DNA of 43,143 bases from Octopus bimaculoides (taxonomy: Eukaryota), in contig NC_068997.1 in assembly GCF_001194135.2 (NCBI RefSeq), positions 42,895,972 through 42,939,114 of the forward strand, given 5' to 3'. How positions within the stretch are numbered: position 1 is the first letter of the stretch; every line of letters starts with the position of its first letter. The position numbers and the translations under genes are program-made. Under the pieces are notes generated by a model. The model did no database searches and had not been told where the DNA came from. It worked only from the letters and a program-made list of their open reading frames with translations. Positions 12,331 through 24,694 of this stretch are shown here, in pieces.

Positions 12331-12589
12331 ACTTGGTGCCGGCGTTTCCTTTTTTGTACTCATAAAGCATTATGTGCCTTAAATGCTCTTTGAATACTTC
12401 CATGTTAGAAAGGGTTTTAATGAAAGAAATTTTAATTCTATTATTCTGTAAAATAATATTTAATTACTTTAAATGTACACAAATGCATAAAAGTAATTTT
12501 TAATTCCATTAGACATTCTAAAACACTATTAAATTTCTTTCAATTTTAAAAAAGGTAAAATCGGACAGAACTTATGGGATGACCTGATA
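12331..12589 (-). mobile_element. mariner (Tc1/mariner) DNA transposon 5' fragment: TA site, left TIR and start of the transposase
   Basis: Minus strand reads TA|tcaggtcatcccataagttctgtccgatttt. ORF from 12403 reads [21 protein letters not shown], matching the mariner transposase N-terminal HTH. Confidence 0.85.
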
Positions 12590-13061
12590 TATATAGTTCA
12601 AACACCGCCGAAATCGCTGACCTTGTGCCTACTGTGGAAATCAATATATATTTTAATGCTAAAGTAATTGAAAACAGTAAATCAGTACGAATCCACATCG
12701 CGGCAGGAGGCACAAAAGTGGAGCAGTGCCGCCTAGCTCGCTACTTCACCAAAATCAGTACAGAGAAGAAGCCCAAACACACTCAAAGGAGGTGGTCTGG
12801 TGTGGCCTCAAATTCTGGTTGGAGCCAGGAAAAGATAAAAGATAAAAAGTAAACAGCGATAAATATTCACATGAAAATTACGTGGTTTCAGGTTCAATTT
12901 CACTACACCGCATCTTCATTAAACAAGTGTCTTATATCATACTTCGGGTCGATCAAAGCCTTGAGATTGAAGTTTGGTGAAAGGAAAACTGTGTAGAAGT
13001 ACATCAGAATGAGAGAGGAGTGAAAATGAGAGACAAAGACAGAGGGAATTGGAGAGAAGAA

Positions 13062-13064
<3 letters not shown>

Positions 13065-13123
<59 letters not shown>
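13065..13123. repeat. (AG)n microsatellite
   Basis: Directly visible. Confidence 0.95.
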
Positions 13124-13124
<1 letters not shown>

Positions 13125-13327
13125 CATCTCTATTTTTGGTCGATAATCTCTTCTACGGTTTAATACGGTCACCTAGCTCTATACGCGTAGATGTTTTTAG
13201 AGAAGTATAATAAGGTATATATGTGTGTATGTATGTAAGTATGGATATATTTATGTATGTGTATATGTATGCATAAACAAACACACACATACACCATGCA
13301 CACACGCGCACGAACACACACACACAC

Positions 13328-13372
<45 letters not shown>

Positions 13373-13663
13373 CACACATATATAGATAGATAGAGAGAGG
13401 AGAGGGTATCTTTATCTTAGATTACGTACAGAATTTATCCTTCTTCCGTGTTTTGAGATTTTAAAATACCTTTGGGGGAGTTTTGTATAATAAAATGGGT
13501 TGGATAATGTAAATTGTTATAAGGTTTTCTACTTATTATAATACATATATGAGTGTCTATATAGGTATATGTGTGTCTGAATGCGCGTGTGTGTGTGTGA
13601 ATGTCTATATGTGTGTTTGTTTGTTTGTACGTGGCTATGAGTGTGTGTGTGTGTGCGTATCTA

Positions 13664-13707
<44 letters not shown>

Positions 13708-14044
13708 TGTGTGTGTCTTTCAGTGTGTAGTTATTTGAGTACGTTCGTTGAGGACGTAGAAAGCAGTGGTACGAAACGAAACACCAAGTCTGCGATTTTG
13801 ACATTCATTGCGAAAAGATCCGAAAGAAAATGGTTGGCAGCACAGGAAGAATGGTCAGTAATTGAGCAATGAATGGTGTTTAACGAGGGCAAGAACTAAC
13901 ATTGTGTTCAACGGGTGGACATTGATCTGGACAATTGAGTCGGATGGGCTCATAAGGCCCATCGTTTGATGAACCGATACTAATTAATGCCGCCCATCGA
14001 CGATATCAGGAAATCAGACTAGCCATGTCTAATTTGCTTCATAA

Positions 14045-14114
<70 letters not shown>

Positions 14115-15271
14115 AGTCTGTCTGTGTGTCTATTTCCATTCATGTCTTTGCCTATCTTCTCGTATTTCTATCGGTCTATCACTCTGTCCATCCCTCTCTT
14201 CGTCTGTCTGTTTGTAAATTGGTCATCACTAACCGTGATGTCTATGCCTCTATCGATCTATCTTAGCTATACTATCGGTATCGGGGAAATTTTGAAGATA
14301 AAAATGGAAATACACAAATACAAAACAGATACATAAATAGAAAGAGTAAGAAAGAAGGAGACAGAAACTGTAGCATAAAAGTAGTTACTTTTATACAAAT
14401 TTTTTTCTATTTACTTGTTTTCCTTTATTACTCTGTTTGCCTTTGTATCTGTTTGTGTTTGTCTATTTATACCCGTATGTTCTAAATTTTCCAAGTCTTT
14501 AACTAAGAAACGTTTTTGAAAAACTGAAAACAGAAGTACATACGTTACTTACACGCATATATACATATACCACATTCATAAATTCGAATAGATATACAAT
14601 ATGTTTGTGATACTACTTGCAGTGCTCTAAAGCGGCAGATCAGGTAACTGAGAGAATGACGAGCGCGGGCAGCATAACCATCTTGTTCAATACAATACAG
14701 TGAATACACAAAAACTAAAGACAACCAACATATTTATTTACCAAAATGTTATCAAAAAAGGAGATGTTTAGCAATAAGTTATATCACACGCATTGCGCAC
14801 AAATCCGAATCTCACAAACTAAACAGCAAAAAGTCTAGTGAGATTTGTGAAACTGGTGTTTTAGTTTTTAAGATATCAATATTTGCTTTGGAATTGCTGC
14901 ATCCAACCAAGAGAATTGCTTTCACATGCAACAACCAAATGTTTGAATGTTAAATGAACACCAGTCATGTTAGTAATAACTGAAGTTCACAAAAAGCACG
15001 AAGTAATCAGTTACCTAGAAAAGTCTATGTCATCATATAACTGCTGGACGAGTGTAGCTGAAGAAAGACCTACGGAGAAATCAAAGTTAAAGATAGATGC
15101 AGGCAGGACTGTTTGACATTGTTTTGTTGTCTATATTACAACGATTGGGCTTCGAATCTTTGACAGAAACCAACTCTTTCCCTACAGAAAGACTTCAAAT
15201 AATTAGAAACGGAAGAGTAGCATGCATGCATACATACACACACACATACATACATACATACATACATACAT

Positions 15272-15500
15272 GCAAAGTTACGGACAACAGCTTCGAAATC
15301 TGCTTCTCAATCCAGATTATAAATTCACATTTATACCAATAATAATTGGAGCCCTTGGTTTTGTGAAGAAATGCCCAAGTAACAATCTGGAAAAGTTCGG
15401 GTTTTCAAGAGAAAACAATCGACCAATTCACACATTACAAATACAAGCTGTAAGTGGAACAGTAAAATTATGCAAGACTTTTCTCAAGTTCAAAATGTAG
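15272..15500 (+). mobile_element. 3' ORF end of a restriction-like-endonuclease (RLE) non-LTR retrotransposon, copy 1
   Basis: YGQQLRNLLLNPDYKFTFIPIIIGALGFVKK...LQIQAVSGTVKLCKTFLKFKM*, typical of the C-terminus of RLE-type LINEs. Confidence 0.8.
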
Positions 15501-15590
15501 ATTTATATTTGTTATTTACATTCTAATGAAAGAGCTTCGTATCGTTCTAAGAAAACAGCTCCTACTTTATGGGAAAGCATCAAATAATGG

Positions 15591-15773
15591 TTTGGAATTT
15601 TGGTATAAAGCCAGCAAGTCCGAAGCAGGGTGTTAAGTCGATTACATCGACCCCACTGCTGAAAAGGAGCTTGTTTAATCGACCCCGAAAGGCAAAGTCG
15701 ACTTCGGCAGTATTTGAATTCAAAACGTAAAGACGTTTGCCTGGCGGGCTAACGATTCTTCCAGCTCGCCGCT
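15591..15773 (-). mobile_element. family-B SINE with internal deletions
   Basis: Reverse complement reads gcggcgagctggaagaatcgttagc...ttcaaatactgccgaagtcgactttgcctttcggggtcgatt. Confidence 0.85.
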
Positions 15774-15873
15774 GTAGGAAAATTTCGAATAGTAATAATT
15801 AAAAATAGAAGAGAACGTACATATAAACACACACACAGACATAGACACACAGACACACACACACACACACGCA

Positions 15874-15917
<44 letters not shown>

Positions 15918-16732
15918 NNNNNNNNNNNNNNNNNNNNNNNNNNNNNNNNNNNNNNNNNNNNNNNNNNNNNNNNNNNNNNNNNNNNNNNNNNNNNNNNNNN
16001 NNNNNNNNNNNNNNNNNNNNNNNNNNNNNNNNNGTACACACACACGTACACACACACACACACAAACACACGCACATACACACACGCACACACACATATG
16101 TACACGAACACATACAGATATATTTAAACACATACATACATACATACATACATACATACATACACACATGCATACATACATCATACATAAATACATATAC
16201 AATCGTTTGAACATCGTTGTTCATCATTTCTGGTAATAGTCGACATCTCCGCCCCAGGCTCACCCTGAGACCACCTCTACCACCTTGTTAACCAGCAGAT
16301 ATAATCACAGCAGCAATATGGTCCAAGATTATACTTATATCTAACCATTGTTGAACACAACAATAAAGTTTCAAATGCTAGCGAGAGTTTTCAAAGCGGA
16401 TTAGCTCGCATTATCTAAGCAGACATCATACGTACTGAATATACACACATTGTAAACTACCAATTTACCTACTAATGAACCAATGATGGACTCACACACA
16501 GGAATATGAGCAGGCACGTACGTATGCGTGCATGTGTCTATGTATGTGTGTGTGTGTGCATGTGCGTATATGTATATATATGTGGGTGTGTATGCGTGCG
16601 TATGTATGCATACACATGCATTCGAACACGCGCACATACACACTCACGCACACACGTACACACATTTTTATTCTTAACCAACTTATACCGCAAAATTGTA
16701 CAATTGTTTCAATACATTCTCGCATTTCTTCG

Positions 16733-16794
<62 letters not shown>

Positions 16795-17633
16795 NNNNNN
16801 NNNNNNNNNNNNNNNNNNNNNNNNNNNNNNNNNNNNNNNNNNNNNNNNNNNNNNNNNNNNNNNNNNNNNNNNNNNNNNNNNNNNNNNNNNNNNNNNNNNN
16901 NNNNNNNNNNNNNNNNNNNNNNNNNNNNNNNNNNNNNNNNNNNNNNNNNNNNNNNNNNNNNNNNNNNNNNNNNNNNNNNNNNNNNNNNNNNNNNNNNNNN
17001 NNNNNNNNNNNNNNNNNNNNNNNNNNNNNNNNNNNNNNNNNNNNNNNNNNNNNNNNNNNNNNNNNNNNNNNNNNNNNNNNNNNNNNNNNNNNNNNNNNNN
17101 NNNNNNNNNNNNNNNNNNNNNNNNNNNNNNNNNNNNNNNNNNNNNNNNNNNNNNNNNNNNNNNNNNNNNNNNNNNNNNNNNNNNNNNNNNNNNNNNNNNN
17201 NNNNNNNNNNNNNNNNNNNNNNNNNNNNNNNNNNNNNNNNNNNNNNNNNNNNNNNNNNNNNNNNNNNNNNNNNNNNNNNNNNNNNNNNNNNNNNNNNNNN
17301 NNNNNNNNNNNNNNNNNNNNNNNNNNNNNNNNNNNNNNNNNNNNNNNNNNNNNNNNNNNNNNNNNNNNNNNNNNNNNNNNNNNNNNNNNNNNNNNNNNNN
17401 NNNNNNNNNNNNNNNNNNNNNNNNNNNNNNNNNNNNNNNNNNNNNNNNNNNNNNNNNNNNNNNNNNNNNNNNNNNNNNNNNNNNNNNNNNNNNNNNNNNN
17501 NNNNNNNNNNNNNNNNNNNNNNNNNNNNNNNNNNNNNNNNNNNNNNNNNNNNNNNNNNNNNNNNNNNNNNNNNNNNNNNNNNNNNNNNNATTTGGCTACA
17601 TGCGAATTTGTATGTACGTAGTTTGTATGCATA

Positions 17634-17706
<73 letters not shown>

Positions 17707-18107
17707 ATATGTATACACGCATACACGCACACACATATATATGTGTGTGCATGTGTGTCCGTCTAAGTGAGTGGGTGGTACTGTCGCGCGTGTGTGTGTA
17801 CGAGTATGTATGTATGTATGTGTGTGTGTGTATGTGCGTGCATATATGCATGTGTTTACGTGTGTATGTCTATACAATGAACAGTTGCAGATCAATAGCA
17901 TCTATTATTATATTATCAATTTCGAAATGAGATAATTCAAAAAATTATCGATTTCTAACTCAAGCACTCGACTATAAATTATGTAGAGGGGGAAGATGTG
18001 ACGTCGTGATGTTCATGCCATTGTCAATGCTGATTAGTTGTGTCAGTGAAGTGAAACGTTTTTTTTCTGAATAACACACCTAGGTTCGTTAATAGTTATT
18101 GTTGTTG

Positions 18108-18139
<32 letters not shown>

Positions 18140-18228
18140 GTTGTTGCTGCTGCTGCTGTTATTGTTAGACTCCTGTCTAACTTTATAGAAAAGTCCATGA
18201 GTGTAACGTAAACATCCTTAGCCATACA

Positions 18229-18742
18229 TTCGTACATACATACATACATACATACATACATGCATACATACATGCATACATACGCACGCACATACGTACA
18301 TGTATGCATTCATGCATGCATACATTCACACATACTTACATACATACTTTCACACATACATATATACACGTATACATACGTACATACATACATACGTACA
18401 TACATATATACATATATACATAAATACATACATAACACATACATATATATGCATTCACACACACGCATACATACATACATACATACATACATACATACAT
18501 ACATACATACATAATACATACATATATATGCATTCACATACATACATACATACATACATACATAAATACATAATACATACATACATATATATGCATTCAC
18601 ACACACACATACATATATTCACTTATCGTGCTTACATACAAACTATCATACATACAGGCGTACATACATATTCATGCATTCACGCATACATTCATACATG
18701 CATACGTACATACATATATAAATACATAATACATACATACAT
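18229..18742. repeat. long (TACA)n-based compound microsatellite with internal higher-order duplications
   Basis: Directly visible. Confidence 0.9.
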
Positions 18743-18743
18743 A

Positions 18744-19105
18744 ATGGAAATTTGGACACGAACGTGGTTGGAAAAATTTAAGAGAAAGAGGACATCTATG
18801 GATCATTGATCAGGAGTTTGCAAATCCAGTACCCAAAATACACATTCAGCTTCATACCTGTTATTATTGGAGCCACAGTATACACACCAACGCGTCTGAA
18901 GTAGAGTATGGCTGAACTTTGTATATTGAGGGGAGAATGCAAAACCTTAATTCATATGCTACAAACAATTACGATATCTGGGACTATAAAAATCTTCAAG
19001 ATCGTCTTAAGATTTAAAGGATGGCAAATCAAGATGCTTTCCTTCACAATCTTGATACCGAATGGGTGGCCGGTCAAAATTTACTCTAAGAAGAGAATGA
19101 GAAGA
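18744..19105 (+). mobile_element. RLE LINE 3' end, copy 2 (decayed)
   Basis: DIYGSLIRSLQIQYPKYTFSFIPVIIGA...LIHMLQTITISGTIKIFKIVLRFK with stops. (TACA)n lies on both sides. Confidence 0.75.
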
Positions 19106-19962
19106 ACATACATGCATACATACATGCATTCATACATACATACATTGGCTTTAATACAGATATTTGTTGCATCCATGACCAACTTTTGTGCTTATGTATC
19201 AGTATGTATATTGCCTAATGTGTTCGGTTCTTATGCTCTTTAAGACGTGAATGGAATTTGGCTGCAATTCTCTGCAGGTTGACGCCCGCCAACAGGCAGC
19301 CTCTCTTTTCGCTTGTTCAAGATGTCTGACAACTGTCGTTCACAATTTTTACTTTATAATCTGAGAAAAACACGGTCTGGTTTTGATGCAGTTACATAGA
19401 ACGTCCGAGACATAATTAAAATTACGAAATCGAAGAAAATCTTTAAAGTAGTTTGTAAGATTTTACTAATTGGTTATATAAGATATTTACACTGAATGAC
19501 ATGGAATAGTTCAGAAAATTAATTAAAGAAGAATTTGGTAGGGAATCAACGAAAAATATCGATAGGAATGACAAACAAGTGAACTTGTAACAGTAAAACA
19601 AGTGCAAGTCTAGTCTTCTCTCATTATAATCGACTTCAAACTCCAAAAAGTGTGATCTTCTGCCTCATTTTAATGCCCTGCAAATAAGGAAGCTTTTCTA
19701 CATGGTTGCTCGTTCTGCCGGAATCAGCTGTCGAATCTAAAAAAGTCTTTAAAAAACTAAAAAATAAAAAAAGCATGATCTACCTTCTTAAAATAAAGTT
19801 TTTGGTATAATCAGATCTACATAACCTTGACGGAATGCCTTCGGTCATAAACCTTCTCTATCAACATTGACCTAAGTTTAAACAAGAACAATAAGTATCA
19901 ATATTATTATTATTTAGCAGGTTTTGTTCTTATAGTAGAAAGGAATATTATTGTTTAGCGAT

Positions 19963-20158
19963 AAGGTGGTGATCTGATAGTATCGATGCCAGCTGGGCAA
20001 AAATGCGTAACGGCATTTCGTGCATTTTTACGTTCTGCGTTCAAATTTCGCCGAGGTCGACTTTGCCTTTCATCCTTTCGGTGTCGAGAATAGGGGTGAT
20101 ATAATCAACTAAGCCCCTCCCCCGAACCTGCTGGCCTTCTGCCAAAATCTGAAATCAT
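19963..20158 (+). mobile_element. family-B SINE
   Basis: aaggtggtgatctg...acgttctgcgttcaaatttcgccgaggtcgactttgcctttcatcctttcgg. Confidence 0.85.
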
Positions 20159-20223
20159 AATTTAGCAAAATTTCAGTCTTTGTACCTATTGTAGAAATGA
20201 ATATTATTATTTAGCGTAATACA

Positions 20224-20404
20224 GTGAGCTGGTTGAATCGTTTGCACGCAGGGCAAAATGCTTAGCGGTATTTCACCCATCTTTATGCCCTGAGCTCAAA
20301 TTTCGCTGAGTCGATGAAATAAAGTACCAGTCAAGCACTGGGATTAATATAATTAACTGTTCTCTTCTGCAAAATGTTGCCTTCTTACCGTTGTTAGAAA
20401 TCAA
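20224..20404 (+). mobile_element. family-B SINE, degenerate
   Basis: gtgagctggttgaatcgtt...gggcaaaatgcttagcggtatttc...gagctcaaatttcg...aagtaccagtcaagcactggg. Confidence 0.8.
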
Positions 20405-21087
20405 CATATATTTAGTTGACTTGATTTTTCTTAACCCACATTGGTATAACATCGGATGACAGTGTGCTACGACGGGATATTATTTTGATGCTGTCTAAAA
20501 TATCAAGTACTGTTACATTGTTACAATAACTTCCACTTCGATTCGTTCAAAATATCATAGTACTTGTACATATTGATCTAACTTTGAAAATAATGAATTT
20601 TATTAAGTTAAAATAAGAAAGAAATAAAACAAATACCCATTTTGTATATTTGCAATAAATATGTTATAAATGAATATATCTATGTTTAGCTATAAATTAT
20701 AATAATGCCGTAACACTCTGATAACGGAATGTGCAGAAAAATTTACATAAGATTTCAAAATTTTTTCTTGAGATATATTTTCACTACTCAAGTCATTGCG
20801 TTTCTTCTCAGTTTCCTCCATGTTGTCGTTTCATGAGACATCTTGGAAAATTTTGCACATTTGTACTTTTTGCTCAATATATGGGTCTACTGATATAAAA
20901 AAAAAAACACGCTTTTTTAAGATAAAGTAAACAAGCTATTTAGAATTTTAATTTCTAATGATTCTGAAATTCATTGGTAAAGAAAAGGTTAGTCTGTGGT
21001 TTTCCTTATTCAATGTTGTTGATTCACAGAATATTAATTGAAAATACTTTATACATGTAATATACCTACAATATTTATGTCGTCTGC

Positions 21088-21300
21088 AAGGCGGCGAACT
21101 CGCAGGATCGTTAGCAAGCCGGGCAAAATGTTCAGTGGTATTTCTTCCATCTTTACGTTCTGAGTTCAAATTCCGCCGCGGTCGACTTAGTCTTTCATCC
21201 TTTCGGGATCGATAAAATATGTATCAGATGAGCACTGGAGCTGATGTAATCACTTATCTCCATACCCCCAAATTTCGGGCCTTGTGTCTATAGTAGAAAG

Positions 21301-21305
<5 letters not shown>
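21088..21305 (+). mobile_element. family-B SINE, near full length
   Basis: aaggcggcgaactcgcaggatcgttagcaagccggg...gagttcaaattcc (B-box-like)...tatagtagaaag tail running into (TA)n. Confidence 0.9.
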
Positions 21306-21337
<32 letters not shown>

Positions 21338-21495
21338 NNNNNNNNNNNNNNNNNNNNNNNNNNNNNNNNNNNNNNNNNNNNNNNNNNNNNNNNNNNNNNN
21401 NNNNNNNNNNNNNNNNNNNNNNNNNNNNNNNNNNNNNNNNNNNNNNNNNNNNNNNNNNNNNNNNNNNNNNNNNNNNNNNNNNNNNNNNNNNNNNN

Positions 21496-21533
<38 letters not shown>

Positions 21534-22857
21534 GTACACACACACACACACACACACACATACACACACCTAATGTTTAGTAGAAGCAACAGAGTGCCTT
21601 AATAGCCGATAGTTTCATGCGCCAGCACTTACCAAACTGTTGCTGCTGATTCTGCTATATATATATATATAAACAATATATGAGTATATGCATATATATT
21701 TACATTTATGTACATACCTTCATCTGCATGTACATATAGATACATATCTGGGTACATGATGTTGCAAAAGAACATAGACAAAATGGTAAACAAGATACAA
21801 CAAACAAGCACACCACATAGAGAACATATCTTTCATCAGATGCCACCAATACATAAATNNNNNNNNNNNNNNNNNNNNNNNNNNNNNNNNNNNNNNNNNN
21901 NNNNNNNNNNNNNNNNNNNNNNNNNNNNNNNNNNNNNNNNNNNNNNNNNNNNNNNNNNNNNNNNNNNNNNNNNNNNNNNNNNNNNNNNNNNNNNNNNNNN
22001 NNNNNNNNNNNNNNNNNNNNNNNNNNNNNNNNNNNNNNNNNNNNNNNNNNNNNNNNNNNNNNNNNNNNNNNNNNNNNNNNNNNNNNNNNNNNNNNNNNNN
22101 NNNNNNNNNNNNNNNNNNNNNNNNNNNNNNNNNNNNNNNNNNNNNNNNNNNNNNNNNNNNNNNNNNNNNNNNNNNNNNNNNNNNNNNNNNNNNNNNNNNN
22201 NNNNNNNNNNNNNNNNNNNNNNNNNNNNNNNNNNNNNNNNNNNNNNNNNNNNNNNNNNNNNNNNNNNNNNNNNNNNNNNNNNNNNNNNNNNNNNNNNNNN
22301 NNNNNNNNNNNNNNNNNNNNNNNNNNNNNNNNNNNNNNNNNNNNNNNNNNNNNNNNNNNNNNNNNNNNNNNNNNNNNNNNNNNNNNNNNNNNNNNNNNNN
22401 NNNNNNNNNNNNNNNNNNNNNNNNNNNNNNNNNNNNNNNNNNNNNNNNNNNNNNNNNNNNNNNNNNNNNNNNNNNNNNNNNNNNNNNNNNNNNNNNNNNN
22501 NNNNNNNNNNNNNNNNNNNNNNNNNNNNNNNNNNNNNNNNNNNNNNNNNNNNNNNNNNNNNNNNNNNNNNNNNNNNNNNNNNNNNNNNNNNNNNNNNNNN
22601 NNNNNNNNNNNNNNNNNNNNNNNNNNNNNNNNNNNNNNNNNNNNNNNNNNNNNNNNNNNNNNNNNNNNNNNNNNNNNNNNNNNNNNNNNNNNNNNNNNNN
22701 NNNNNNNNNNNNNNNNNNNNNNNNNNNNNNNNNNNNNNNNNNNNNNNNNNNNNNNNNNNNNNNNNNNNNNNNNNNNNNNNNNNNNNNNNNNNNNNNNNNN
22801 NNNNNNNNNNNNNNNNNNNNNNNNNNNNNNNNNNNNNNNNNNNNNNNNNNNNNNNNT

Positions 22858-23521
22858 GAGAGTGTTCTTCTGATGCTTCTCTGGAGCCTATCTGTATCTA
22901 TAAATAGCCTGCTAGATACCCGCCAATTCGTCGCGGCTCAGATCTTGTAGGATCTGGTCGTTTGACCACACACGCGTATCACAGCACCAACCAACCAGCC
23001 AGTTCCAGCGACGACATCAACAACCACTTCAACTACGACTACCAGCATCGCCGCCAGCGTCAACATGACTTCTACACGTACACAAGCTACCAAACAGCCA
23101 CCGCAGTTTCTCAACCCTGTTTGTGTGATTTGCTCACCACGAAACCAACAGCCAGAACCCAGCCTGCGAAGAACATCTGTATTCAAGAACCCGGCCCGGC
23201 ATAGAAGCCCTAACATCACGACGAGTGACCGTTCTGCCCTAACCTTAACTTCTTACATACAGATTATCAATACTACTGTGTACTCTAACTAAGAACTGGT
23301 AAATTCTTATCCGTGTTACTGACTCTTATCTAACTCTGTATCACTTACATTCACATACATGTATTACTTGCACACACTCTTTTGTTTACATGACGGCCAG
23401 TCTTATATTGTGTTTTATTATGTCGCATTCATACACACACAGACATACAGTTTAATGCTCTAATAAATCTTACTGTTATACATCATTATCGGTTGAGTCC
23501 TATCTTGTCCTTCCTGGCACA
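22858..23521 (+). mobile_element. probable LTR (solo or 3' LTR); 5' end lost in gap
   Basis: TATAAATA at 22899, C-rich body, AATAAA at 23462, terminus ...CTGGCACA. No primer-binding site follows. Confidence 0.5.
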
Positions 23522-23660
23522 TTTCTTAGTTCTCTATGTTATAGAATTATAACATATTTATCATTTTATATTTTTGTGTCGACCGTGTGACGCGTTTAAA
23601 AAAGGAGCCTGTTTTCCATTCGTCACCATTTCTCCTTTTGGTTCGCACGGTCGTTCTTAC

Positions 23661-23661
23661 A

Positions 23662-23712
<51 letters not shown>

Positions 23713-23734
23713 GTATATATATATATATATATAA
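23661..23734. repeat. (TATC)n then (TA)n microsatellite
   Basis: Directly visible. Confidence 0.95.
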
Positions 23735-23814
23735 TACAAAGAATATATATACATGTATACACACATATATGTACATACTTACATCTACATGTGTATATAT
23801 ATGCATATCAGGGT

Positions 23815-24545
23815 ACAGGACGTTAGAACAATAAACTACAGACAACGGAACGAACACATAGGAAAACGGAAAGCCACTTGGAATATCCCTTCATCAGCTG
23901 TCTCTATTCTATCTAGACGTTTCGAAGATAAGACAGAACGTACTCTAGAATAGTCTCTTCCTGAGTAGTGGATCAACCCACTACACAGAGGATTCCAAGG
24001 TGGCAAACACAAACCAAAACAGGAAAAATTGGACAGTGAAAACAACATTCAAAAGCCGTACGGCCAAACGCAAATCTGAGGTAGAACGCTAGTAGTTCGT
24101 CTTGCCTTCACAGCGGCTGGAGTGAAAAGACAACACTAACAGTGCAAACATGAAATACGTAAACAAACGAGTTAAATACGCAAACAACGAGAGAAAAAAT
24201 GGGAAACAGAACATGTAAACACGGTTTCCTTGTATGTCTCCACTGTCCTGTTTTTGTTCCCAACTTTGGCCGGTGAATGACCGGTAGAGCGGATATGGCA
24301 CAAGACCGAGATGCCATTGCTGAGTCTCATGTCACGGAGGTACTCCGCGAGCCGGCCAGCCAAGCGGCATCCCGTTTGACCGATGTGCAGGGAAGGGCAG
24401 AAAGAGCAGTAAATGCAGCAAATGACGTTACTGGAAATGCATGTAAAGGAATCGGTGATGTGATAGGGATGTTGATGTGTGCTTGTGAGAATAGTGGTGT
24501 TGGAGAGGTAGGGACAAGTACGACAGCGTGGGCGGAAGCAGGGGA
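23815..24545 (-). mobile_element. Penelope-like retroelement 3' fragment: Zn-knuckle linker, decayed GIY-YIG endonuclease (about 24270-24545) and terminal repeat region
   Basis: Frame reads PCFRPRCRTCPYLSNTT...FTCISSNVICCIYCSFCPSLHIGQTGCRLAGRLAEYLRD, matching the PLE C-x-R-x-R-C-x-x-C and NVIYCI...YIGQT...R...EH motifs. Confidence 0.9.
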
Positions 24546-24626
24546 TATATATATACTCATGTTTTGAGTTCTATTTTTCTCACAAAACATACGTACATAT
24601 ATACACATATACACATACATACATAC

Positions 24627-24694
<68 letters not shown>

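Noticed and set aside
23891-23923. Type II/III hammerhead from GAAACGUC...CUGAUGA on the minus strand
   Set aside because: Stem I cannot close between C17 and C3, and no downstream GAAAC exists for a type III fold. Not called as a ribozyme.
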